Shown: in pieces, positions 14,109-26,108 of the stretch
Position numbering within the stretch: position 1 is the first letter of the stretch
Layout: every line of letters starts with the position of its first letter
The notes under the pieces: model-generated
What the model saw: only the letters and a program-made list of their open reading frames with translations
Databases searched by the model: none
What the model was told of the DNA's origin: nothing
From: Octopus bimaculoides
Taxonomy: Eukaryota
Direction of reading: 5' to 3'
Assembly: GCF_001194135.2 (NCBI RefSeq)
Contig: NC_068982.1
Location: 166,838,417 to 166,902,416 of the forward strand
Length of the DNA stretch: 64,000 bases
Made by a program: the position numbers and the translations under genes

Positions 14109-14154
14109 TTATTATTATTATTATTATTCACGAATTAATTCTTCTTCTTCTTCT

Positions 14155-14201
<47 letters not shown>

Positions 14202-14250
14202 TTCTTCTTCTTCTTCTTCTTCTCCTTCTTCTCCTCCTTCTTCTTCTTCT
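14070..14250. repeat. (CTT)n(ATT)n(CTT)n microsatellite
   Basis: Direct reading of the sequence. Confidence 0.95.
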
Positions 14251-14986
14251 TCGTTTTCGCTATTTCGTTATAGCGTCGGCGGTCGGTCGCTACTTTTATC
14301 CGGATGTAAACAAACCTACTCTGACGGATGCCGAAGAGAGTAAGTGACATTCTATTGGATAGGTTTGACAGCAGAGAGAATAGGATACAGTTAAATAACG
14401 CGCCCAGGATCTGGATAGCCGGACACAAAAAGCAAAGCGACAAAATTTTTGTAGGGAGCAAATTGTTGCAGCCATCATCCACCATCCCAGTATCAAAATA
14501 TATTAACATTCTGCCTGTCCCATTGAACTTGGGAACTCACCAAAACCTTGGCATGGGAGGCTAGAGAAGTTATTAGCACTTGTCCAAGAAGATACTTCGA
14601 GTTTTCAGAAAGAAAGGGTGATTTAACGTTCTTTTTTGCAGGTTGATCCCAAGGAGTATCCTACGCCGTATCCAAAGGCTTTTCAACTATGAGTATCCGT
14701 CTTTTATTCAGGTATTCTACATTGAAGAAGATTTTGGGAGCTACTCGAAGCAGGTCGAGTGATCCCATAGCGTCTCTCTCATTAGCTCATTGTTAGTTAG
14801 ATTGTTGCTGATATTATAACCCTAGGTCAGGCCGATTCAGCTATCTGGAGATCACTAACCTGAATAAGGTGGATATTTAATTAGGTATACTGTATGTAAT
14901 CCATATTCTCGAATAATACTGGTGTTACCATTTCGTCTTTTGTCTACAATGATTAAAAGTGAATTCGAATTGCCGAAGAATGTGTT

Positions 14987-15212
14987 ATTTCTTTACTACC
15001 CACAAGGGGCTACACACAGAGGGGACAAACAAGGACAGACAAACGGATTAAGTCGATTATACCGACCCAGTGCGTAACTGGTACTTATTTGATCGACCCC
15101 GAAAGGATGAAAGGCAAAGTCGACCTCGGCGGAATTTGAACTCAGAACGTAGCGGCAGACGAAATACCGCTAAGCATTTCGCCCGGCGTGCTAACGTTTC
15201 TGCCAGTTCGCC
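14987..15212 (-). mobile_element. SINE family A with TSD
   Basis: Reverse complement of the family A consensus. GCCGAAGAATGTGT flanks both sides (~14972 and ~15210). Confidence 0.9.
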
Positions 15213-15771
15213 GAAGAATGTGTGAAAACGTTACACCAAAGAACTGTTACTAACACTGGGGCGACGGCTGTGCCTTTTGTTTACAATTGTCAAAAGTACC
15301 ATGTGACTTTCGGGTCACTAGGTTGATCTCAGTCGATCTCTTTAATAAATGCTAAAAAGTAATTTTAATATATGAAAATGACTGACATGCAGTAGGATTT
15401 AAAGGAATGTTACCTGTTTATAAGTTATTGAGTTTGTTACCGTCTGCAGTGAAATTGAATACTGATAGCAGTCGAATAGAAAAGCAACTGAATGGTGTCT
15501 CAAAGTACAAAATTTTATCAAATGAATGAAATAATTTCTGTAGATATACTTTTTAACGGGTCCCACCACCAAGGAGTCTTACTCTTGACTTTTGTCTGAG
15601 CTTTTAAAACGTTGGAATGAAGTCACGTGTCACTTCCAATTCCCAAAATAAATTTGTATTCTACAAACATCTCTTTCCAAGAATAAGTGGTTTGTAGCAC
15701 ACCCATATTACTCATCTGTGTGTGTATACATTTAAACACACACACACATACACCATACATATGCGGTATGG

Positions 15772-15831
<60 letters not shown>

Positions 15832-16599
15832 NNNNNNNNNNNNNNNNNNNNNNNNNNNNNNNNNNNNNNNNNNNNNNNNNNNNNNNNNNNNNNNNNNNNN
15901 NNNNNNNNNNNNNNNNNNNNNNNNNNNNNNNNNNNNNNNNNNNNNNNNNNNNNNNNNNNNNNNNNNNNNNNNNNNNNNNNNNNNNNNNNNNNNNNNTATA
16001 TATATATATATATATATTTATATAAACTATAAATATATATATATATATAAATTCATTGCTACATCTTCCTTCCTTTAAAATTAAACTAAAAAAGAACAAA
16101 AAACTATTGTCAACCGGAAGTCAGCACATTCTTCTTATAACGTTTCTTGAGTGGTTGGAAACGTCATTAAGTTTGCTGATATTTGTATTGTTATAAGGCT
16201 TCATTGGGATGGGTGATGTGCCGGGTTTATTTTTCAAACCGTAAAAGAAGTTTCTTGTGCTCTTATTTCTTCATGGTACTTCATGGAACACGCTGGAACT
16301 TTTCCTTAAAGAGTTTAGTCAGACAAATCTCCCCCAGTACATTTTTTTTTTTAGTCTGGCACTTATTTTATTGGTCTCTTTTGCCCAACACATTTTGTTA
16401 AATGGTGGGAAGAATGACGAACGCAAACGCACGCATGCGCACACACACACACACACACACAGTTTTCTTCTATATATATATATAAAGTATGGGGATTTAG
16501 TTCACAGGTGATCTAGACGATTAGGTACGCTAAGTAAGTGCTGTAACGGATTACGGGGCTTTCTATTTACTTTCTATTTCGCTTCTTTACTTTAACGAA

Positions 16600-17000
16600 T
16601 TAATAGCCATCTCCGCTACCATTTTGTTATTGAACGTTGATATGTTGGCGTCTTTTTCTTGGAATGTCTACTATATCAGGACTTTAACCCAAATGGATAT
16701 ACGCAGGATTGCACCTAAAAACTCATGCTTTGGTTTCTATAACTTCAGAAAGTTGAACTATGAACTTTTATGCTTCTTTTTCTTCTCTCTTTCCATCTCC
16801 TTATTCTTTTACTCCCTTCCTCTATGTTGTCATCTTATTAATATATACCATTCTCATTTTCCATATTTTTTTTTACCCCAATTTGTCTCTGATGACGGAA
16901 TATCCCATACTCGAGGATATCCCAGAAACAGCTGTAAGATTTTGAATTTCTTCTTGTAATAATATTGTATATGACTTGAGATGTTTGTTAAACATCCTGA
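16600..17000 (+). mobile_element. Penelope-like element 3' remnant
   Basis: Contains the CTGATGA...GAAAC hammerhead core typical of PLE pseudo-LTRs. It is preceded by a weak LECLLYQDFNPNG segment that may be the end of a GIY-YIG ORF. Confidence 0.5.
16885..16940 (+). ncRNA. Minimal type-I hammerhead ribozyme
   Basis: Stem I GTCT/AGAT. Core CTGATGA at 16889-16895. Stem II CGGAATATCC/GGATATCCCA (8 of 10 pairs, 9-nt loop). GAAA at 16925-16928. Short stem III around the palindrome CAGCTG. Cleavage triplet GTA at 16934-16936. Confidence 0.7.
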
Positions 17001-17101
17001 ACCCCGTAGAGGTCTTCATTTGCTCGGTAGAAGGTATTTGATGGAATTGCTATTACAAACCTTTTCCCCAGATGCAAAATTTTTTTTGCTCATAAAAAGA
17101 T

Positions 17102-17774
<673 letters not shown>

Positions 17775-18569
17775 CTAGTGTCTCAGTATTGTAGCTGTGA
17801 ATCTTTTTATGAGCAAAAGAAAAAAAAAATTATGCAGCTGGGGAAAAAGTTTGTAATAGCAATTCCATCAAATACCTTCTACCGAACAATTGAAGAGCTC
17901 TACGGATTTATTCAATTTGCTAAAAGTAGCCGTCAAATTACATCCGATCGTCTCATAAAAAGAAGAACACAGTAGATGATGTAGTTATAGTTACATTATG
18001 TCTAAATAAAAGGCAGAATGATTATGGCTGGACGCTCTTTGAACATATAAATGTGCTCGATCAGTCAACTTGAATTAAACAACAACAGCAACAAAAACCT
18101 CAACAGTAGTAGATGCTACGTAACGCAACGAGTGAGAAGTTACTTCTATTCCTCTATTGTCCTAGAGCTGCAAGACTTTGAGAGTATATTACTGATCATG
18201 TGTCCTAGATGGAACGAATTAACTGTCTCAATATTTGGAATGGAGTCAGTAGAAATAGTAAACCATGAAATAAATACATTGCAGTATTATAAGTTCTGAG
18301 TTTAGATCCCACTAACGTTAACTTTATATTTCATTGCCCTGGATTCCTTGATTCGATCTGAAGATCGGCGGTGGAGCGACGATATATGATTCTCCCTAAT
18401 TTAGTGTCAGAAAAATCCCAGGATCTTTTCCGTTTGGTTGCCAGCGGCTGCCAGCGTAAATTTTCTTTCCAAATTGATTTCATATTCAGTGTTATGATAC
18501 ACTTTTATAGGCTAATTATCAATAAATAAAGAGTTATTAGTAATTAAGGTTGAAAATTTTGGTAATTTT

Positions 18570-18753
18570 AGCCAATCGTAAGCCACAGACACATTCATGT
18601 CTGTTTCGATAGTAACAAGAACGCTTTTTTCCTGTTGCCATAGTAACAGTCTTTGAAAAGTCTGCGGGGAAGCACGTGTTGACAGCAGTCAACCGAGGAA
18701 GGGTCCTACTTGAGCAATGGATTTTCGGAGGTGTGTCGCGAGACCAGGTAGGT
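18570..18753 (+). promoter_or_regulatory. Candidate RFX-regulated promoter and first exon
   Basis: X-box GTTGCCATAGTAAC at 18634-18647 and a weaker GTTTCGATAGTAAC at 18603-18616. CCAAT near 18572, E-box CACGTG at 18673-18678, CpG-richer island, donor CCAG|GTAGGT after 18747. Confidence 0.5.
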
Positions 18754-18883
18754 TTTTCTGTATGCATATTTAAATTGTAATTAAACATATTTAAATTGTT
18801 TGTTTAATGTTTGTTTCTTTTTGTCATTGAGCATTGAGATGGTTGTGGGGTGTACTAAAACTAACAGCTAAAGAAGATTTTTT

Positions 18884-19544
18884 GGATCTATTTCAAAACG
18901 GGGGCACCAGTTTTCATTTATGTTTTATGTAGTGTTTTTGGTACCGAAAGACTTTCAAACTTCGTATACTTATCTATTTTGTGTTATAGAACAGAAAAAA
19001 AATTTTGTATTCGAATTTATTTCATGTAAAAAATTGTCTTATTTCGATAATTTCTACTAATCACTGACGTCTATTCAGTTGAAAACAGTTAGCGCTGTAA
19101 CGGTGTATATCGTATTAATCCCCTAACCCTAACCCTAACTAGACTGTTAACCCTAACCCTAACCCTAACCCTAAAACTAACCCTAACTCTAGAATCCGAA
19201 CTCTAAAATTGTTACACACATAGATACGCACAGCGTAATTTATTATATAAACAATATATGCGTATAAATTACGATTAAACCGGATGAAATATATCACAGG
19301 GAATAACATTTTTATGACCGCCCAGCAGTAACTCTATTCAGCTGAATAGACGTCAGTGATTGGTTGAAATTACAGAAATACGACAACTTTAACATGGAAT
19401 AACTTGCGATGTACGTTTTTTTGTTAAGAAGACTAAGAGTAAAAGATGTTTTATATGACACATTCTACTAGTGTCCCAAGTTTCAAAGTGTTTCGTTAGT
19501 GTTTCGTTAAGAAAATACTGGTGCCCCCGTTTTGAAATAGATCC
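18884..19544. mobile_element. Merlin-like MITE containing (TAACCC)n, copy 1
   Basis: Perfect 28-bp TIR GGATCTATTTCAAAACGGGGGCACCAGT. Perfect 8-bp TSD GATTTTTT at 18876-18883 and 19545-19552. Telomere-type repeats at ~19121-19190. Confidence 0.9.
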
Positions 19545-20491
19545 GATTTTTTGGATAAATCTTTTAAATTAAAGTTTATTTGCCAACATCTCGTTCAGAA
19601 ATTTAAAACTATTCTTCTCTTTTAAATTAACATAAATATTTATTTACACGAAAGAAAATTACCGGAGAACTTCCCTGTTAAAAATAACAGCTAAATAAAA
19701 TTTATTTACATGAAAAAAAATTGCCGGAGACATAAAACGTGTTGTTTACAAGTATTGATAACACGTGCTATTTTCAGGATGTTGACGACAAAATGATGGC
19801 TTCCAAATCCTGTTTCCTGAGAGGGTGAAAATGATTAAACTTTAAACCTCTGTTAGCAATATAAACAGGAGTGCACTTTGCACCAAAAGCTAATATGAGA
19901 AGTTCTCTCGTGGTAACTCCCGCAGTATAGTTTGTTCCGATAGAACATCCATGTTTGAGCGGGGATAAATAATTATCGTCCTTCTTGTTTTGTACTCACC
20001 AAAACAATCGTCATTACTAACACCACAACGACTACCTTCAACAGTCCTACCCACTTCATCATCATTAGCAGCAACGGCAACAACAGTAGTAGTAGCAGCA
20101 TCGGCAGTAGCAGCGGTAGTAGAACCAACAGTGGGGCATTCTCTTAAAGGACGTCCTCTTAAAAGTTCGAAAGTCTGTGCTCAGTCAAGAGAAGCATGTA
20201 AGGCAGTGAATAAAAGTATATGTATTGAAGCTCCTCAACCATTGACGTATTTCTCGGTGAGAGCTCTGTAGGGCGTTGTTTTAACACGTTCCAGTATCGT
20301 CATGCTTGGATGATCTGTAAATATAGGGTGAGAAAGCGTTTTGGAATGAGGTAACGAGGTAAAGAATGAAAGAGGTGGACAAGAATGAAAGAAATTGAGG
20401 GAAGAGATGGAGCAGGTAGAGGGAGAGACGCAGTGTATTACATACATGCATGCATGTATACATACATACATACATACACACACACACACTC

Positions 20492-20522
<31 letters not shown>

Positions 20523-21254
20523 TAAGTAAAAAGTGAGGATAAAAGAAAGACAGAAGGGGAAAGGTGAGAGCTTAGTGTGTTGAACTATTTCAGGGAATCT
20601 GATATTGGTGTCTGAAACCGGCACTGAACTACAACTTTGTAGATGAAACTTATTTATAACCGATTGATTAGAGGGCAGTTCATGAATAACACTTATTTCA
20701 TAAATCCCGACGGGAAGGGAAAACACTTGTAGTGATCTGTAAAATTTAATTTCAGAATGTTGAGAGGACGAAACTAAATACTATAATGAAATTGTTTACG
20801 TTGATACTTTGCCATTTCTGTCATACCAGTGATTTTAGAATTTAATATCTATTTATTTTTTACATTGGCACTATATCGCACATTATATGGATTTCAGTTG
20901 TTAATTGGTAATTACATTATATTGGCAGCAGATGAATGAAGATGAAGTCAATCGTGGTCAGATTTGAATATTAGAAGAGAAATGTAAGGAGCTTATTGAC
21001 TTCGACAACTGTTAATTACGAAAAATAAAATTTAGATCGCGACATTCTACCGATTCTAGAAATCCATCCTATACCTTATTAAATTTAATATATGAAAAAG
21101 TTTCGACATCTTCAATAGTTTTGATATAAAGGTACTTCTTTTATTGACTGATGTCGAATTCGAACACAAAACGCAAAGGTAAAGAAATGCTGCAAAGCAT
21201 TTTGTTTGATGCTCTACTGATGGTGCCATCTTCTATCCTAATACTGATTTAGTT

Positions 21255-21590
21255 TTAGCTTAGTTTGACCGTCCTTCCGGACGCTTCAATGATTTCACTC
21301 GAGCACGCCATCCATCACTGTCCTCCATGCTTATTCTGAACTCGTCAACAATTGCCATTCCGCTGTCCTGAAGCAAGTTGTCCACATAGGTAAGACCTTT
21401 TTCTTCCCCTATTAATCTTTCTTCAACTGACTGACATAAGACCAGTTGACACACAGGTCCTCGTGTGTGCGTGATACAATAGCCAGCAATTCTCATTCTT
21501 CTCTGCTGAATCTTTTCATAACTCGAAGAGTCAAAATATGACATCTTAATTTTATAGAAAGAGCGGTTGAGCACCTGATTCGGAAAGGGT
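21255..21590 (-). mobile_element. RTE-clade LINE 3' remnant
   Basis: ORF 21260-21574 (KIQQRRMRIAGYC...LVL...TYVDNL..DSG...MED...WR) matches the RTE ORF C-terminus pattern RLRLAGH..LW.P..GR..TY..L..DTG..M.DR..WR. Confidence 0.8.
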
Positions 21591-22080
21591 GTTTTTTATT
21601 AAGTTTTTTTTTTCCTATGTATACATATATGTGTGCATACTTACATAAATTTACACATGTGATGTTCATACGTTATCGATGAACGTCATACTTAGATAAT
21701 AAAATTTGAAGAATAAAAGACTGCACAAAGAATGAAGAGAAGACCCTTCCTCCTTTTATAATCTGTTTTCTTCAGAGCCTTGCCAGCGAACAGGTGGCAA
21801 GTCAAAATATACGCTAAAACTTCAACAACGTAGAGAATATGAACATGCATGCATACATACATACGTACATACATACATACATACATACATACATACATAC
21901 ATACATACATACATACATACATACATAATTAGTAAACATGAGAATAATGCCAACATTGAACGGAAACATAATCCCTCTAGTTTTGAAGATTACATTTTTG
22001 CAACCCAATAACAAACATGACAACAAAACACCTGTTTAAAAAGGAACTCCCTAAGCCGGAAAAGCATGTTAAATATAATA

Positions 22081-22470
22081 GGCGCAGGCGTGGCTGTGTG
22101 GTAAGTTTCCTTACTAACCACATGGTTCCGGGTTCAGTCTCACTGCTTGGCACTTTGGTCAAGTGTTTTCTACTATAGTTTCGGGCCGACCATAGCCTTG
22201 TGAGTGAATTTAGTAAACGGGGACTGAAAAAAGCCCGCCCTATATATAAATGTGTGTGTGTGTCTTTGTGTCCGTGTTTGTCCTCTACGACCGCTTGACA
22301 ACTGGTGTTGGTGTGTTTACGCCCCCGTAGCTTAGCGTTTCGGCAAAAGAAACAGATAGAATAAGTACTAAGCTTGAAATAAATACTGGGGTTAATTCGT
22401 TTGGCTAAAATATTTCAAGGTGGTACCCCAGCATGGCCGCATTCTAATGACTGAAACAAGTGAGAGAAAA
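22081..22470 (+). mobile_element. Full-length tRNA-derived SINE, family B
   Basis: GGCGCAGGCGTGGCTGTGTGGTAAG...GGTTCCGGGTTCAGTC head, internal (TG)n, family tail. Confidence 0.9.
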
Positions 22471-22612
22471 GAGGAAAGAAAAGGATAATGCATTTCTGAG
22501 AACAATATTACGCAAATATTCAGCAGCTGACCAAAGATATCACCAAGTTATCACTTTTTTATGCAATATGGTGTTAAAAAAGCAATATACAGTACTATAC
22601 ATAGGATAAATA

Positions 22613-22828
22613 CGAAGGGCTGCTGGAAGTTTCTGGCTTTGGGTAAAAGAAAATACAGGAGGATCAGTTAATTATGATTTATTCAATATATTCGCCCCCT
22701 CAGATTCACACACTTATTGCAGTGGTCTTTCAGTTCTTCTAAGCCCTGTAAAAGAACTCGGAAAGTTGGGCTTCCAACCAGGCCTTCCGCGATACCCTTA
22801 AAACAAAGAACTTTTCAGTACCCCGTTG
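22613..22828. mobile_element. Mariner-type MITE
   Basis: TA|CGAAGGGCTGCTGGAAGTTTC...GAACTTTTCAGTACCCCGTTG|TA: imperfect mariner-like TIRs with a TA TSD. Confidence 0.7.
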
Positions 22829-23454
22829 TATAAAAAATACTACTGACATAATATATTTCATTAATCAATTTTTTGTGAACTATTCTTATCAAAATCCCCA
22901 TTGTGCAAACACTAAACACAAATATGATTATCTAATACCGGGAAAATAATCAAATACTGTTTGGGAAGGACTTTCAAAGCGTATGCTTGATTTTATAAAA
23001 GCACACAAAAGTGATGTATATTTGTACGTTGTCAGTAATGCATGTTTCATGTGGGATCTCAACCTGGCTGTATTTCTCTCTATCATGCTATCTCTTTTTG
23101 TCTTCTTCTTTTCCTTCTTTCTTTGTCATTACATATTTTCAGGAGTCTGTACGCGCTATAATATAGGTCATTTCTGAAAATACTGAATGCTTGCGTTTGT
23201 ATAAACAACAAGTATACACCCCCATTATTCAATTTTTTACTAGCCTCTTTAATAATGATAAAATGTTTCATCCTCGCCAAAACAACAGACACCTTAAACA
23301 CAAGATCAAAAACAATTTATAAGTGATGAGACAGATTAGATGAAAGTAAACACCCGAAAAACCAGATCTCTTTGCCACCATCGAGTGTGCAGAACAAAGC
23401 TGGAACAAACATCAAAATATTCAACCTATTTTTTTTCTTAACTAGGAGGGTATT

Positions 23455-23650
23455 CTTTTATTCTTTTTACTTGTTTCAGTCATTTCACTTCGGCCATGCT
23501 GGAGCACCGCCTTGAAGTGTTTTTGTCGAGCAATTCGACCCCAGGACTTTTTAAGCTTAGTACTCGTTCTATTTGTCTCCTTGCCGAACTAACAGTTGTC
23601 AAGCAATGATGGGGAGGACAAACACAGACACAAGGACACACACACATATG

Positions 23651-23695
<45 letters not shown>

Positions 23696-23996
23696 NNNNN
23701 NNNNNNNNNNNNNNNNNNNNNNNNNNNNNNNNNNNNNNNNNNNNNNNNNNNNNNNNNNNNNNNNNNNNNNNNNNNNNNNNNNNNNNNNNNNNNNNNNNNN
23801 NNNNNNNNNNNNNNNNNNNNNNNNNNNATATACGATGGCATTCTTTCAGTTTCTGTCCGCCAAATTCACTCACACGGCTTTGGTCGGCCCGAGGCTATAG
23901 TAGAAGACACTTAACCAAGGTACCACGCCGTGGGACTGAACCCGGAATAATGTGGTTGTGGGTCAAGCTTCTTACCACACAGCCACGCCTGCGCCT
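23455..23996 (-). mobile_element. SINE family B, with a gap in its internal (TA)n
   Basis: Reverse complement of the 22081 element. Confidence 0.9.
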
Positions 23997-25924
23997 ATAT
24001 CGAAAAACAAAATATTTTCCGATGTATCGTGAGATTTTAAATAGAAATTCAGTTAAGGTAAGCTACTACTGCTGTAACAATTTTAAAAGAGTCATTAACC
24101 ATTGTAATTCGAAAAACCATTTCGACAATTGTCATATAACTTCATTACTCTAAATAATTGCTCCTTTAGCCATAATTGTCATTCAAAGCTCTAATATATT
24201 AACCTAAAATCCAACTACATAATAACAGCATACGCAGAACTTATATTACATTAATCAAGAATTACTCTAAAGCTCATTTTGTGTTCATATTCGGATTCAC
24301 GAAACCGAGAAGAAGCTTTTCCAAGTATATTTCATTTTTAGAAATCAGAGCTCGAGGGCGATAAAACTGCAAAGGTTAGTTATGGACTACACTTCTCAAT
24401 ATGACCATAGCAAATTTCACTCGAATTTACACAGCAAATTCTTCTTCAATGAAAAATTATTTATACTATTTGAAGAAAAACTACGGATTAAACAAACGAT
24501 CTGCTAATATAGACAATTATAGGCTTAAATCGTTTTCGAGGAATAATTCCGTAGTCCACATATTTCCAACAAGCGTTCGTTATGATATTTTATATTTTAT
24601 ATTGAATTTTTGGTAATTGTCCAAAGATCAGCAACAATAAACTCGTAGTAGTAGTAGTAGTAGTAGTTTGAGAAGTTTAAGATTCCAATAAATGCCATAA
24701 TTCTATTTTTAGTGTAACTTCTTTCTCTTGTTTAAACGTTTTATATACATATATGCACACACACACACACATATTATATATATACATATATATTATATAA
24801 TACAATATATGTTATATGATACAATAGTGTATAAGAGCTTACATACGGAGAGGAGACCACCATGTGGATTCCTTATATGTTAGAGAGGGCAATCAAAACC
24901 CAAACTACAAAAGCGATATTCTTACATTGCACGTTGCCTTATTTGATCATTAATGGTGAAACAATTTTTACTCTGTATTTATATATATATATATATATNN
25001 NNNNNNNNNNNNNNNNNNNNNNNNNNNNNNNNNNNNNNNNNNNNNNNNNNNNNNNNNNNNNNNNNNNNNNNNNNNNNNNNNNNNNNNNNNNNNNNNNNNN
25101 NNNNNNNNNNNNNNNNNNNNNNNNNNNNNNNNNNNNNNNNNNNNNNNNNNNNNNNNNNNNNNNNNNNNNNNNNNNNNNNNNNNNNNNNNNNNNNNNNNNN
25201 NNNNNNNNNNNNNNNNNNNNNNNNNNNNNNNNNNNNNNNNNNNNNNNNNNNNNNNNNNNNNNNNNNNNNNNNNNNNNNNNNNNNNNNNNNNNNNNNNNNN
25301 NNNNNNNNNNNNNNNNNNNNNNNNNNNNNNNNNNNNNNNNNNNNNNNNNNNNNNNNNNNNNNNNNNNNNNNNNNNNNNNNNNNNNNNNNNNNNNNNNNNN
25401 NNNNNNNNNNNNNNNNNNNNNNNNNNNNNNNTAAGGTGAAACAATAACAACAGAAACTTTCACTTCCTTCCTGATTGGGTGGTTCCTCTATATTGATAAT
25501 CTTGATGACTAAAGAAGGTCAATCCCACGCGAAGGAATGATGACAAAGAAGCGTTGGTGGTGGGTGTGGTTGTTTCTGTTGTTATTGTTTCACCTTACTT
25601 TCTTTACGTTTTGTTCGTTAATGAAAAACGCTCCAGTATTTTAATAATCTGAAGATAAACTGTCGGTGTTTCATAACTTTATAATAATGTTGAAATGTCG
25701 TCTGCTTGATAATCATCGGCATCGTGTATTGGTTTAGATCTATACTCATAATATAGTATTTTCCAAATACTAAATAGATTGATCCAATTCTATCTTTCAC
25801 ACGCTTTCTAGGTCTACATTTGCTGGAAAAGGCTTCCAAGATAGGTATATAATCAGCTTTATGGAGAGTTGTATCAGAGATGATGATGAAATCAAAGAGA
25901 CTGATCTTTTTAGATTGTTTAAGA

Positions 25925-26108
25925 CTGGGGTTTCCAAAGTGGTCGATATCGACCCATGGAGGTCGATGGAACTATTCAAGGGGTCGATAAAAGCACATCT
26001 ACTTAATTATTACTATTTATTTATTTTCTTGTACATGCCTGGGGGGTCGATGAGGGGGTCAAGGATTCCATGAGGGGGTCGATGGTCTAAAGAGTTTGGG
26101 GACCCCTG
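25925..26108. mobile_element. hAT-type (Charlie-like) MITE
   Basis: TIRs CTGGGGTTTCCAAAGT and AGTTTGGGGACCCCTG. TSD GTTTAAGA / GTTTAAGG (7 of 8). Repeated subterminal GGGGTCGA(T) motifs. Confidence 0.75.

Noticed and set aside
19121-19190. True telomere or chromosome-fusion site (also 36928-36984)
   Set aside because: The tracts are short and internal to TIR/TSD-bounded elements.
19990-20140. Minus-strand exon candidate ending at a GTGAGT donor
   Set aside because: It lies in a trinucleotide low-complexity tract and has no credible acceptor.
24954-25446. GGTGAAACAAT repeated on both sides of a gap (possible TSD)
   Set aside because: The intervening sequence is unsequenced, so an insertion cannot be distinguished from chance.
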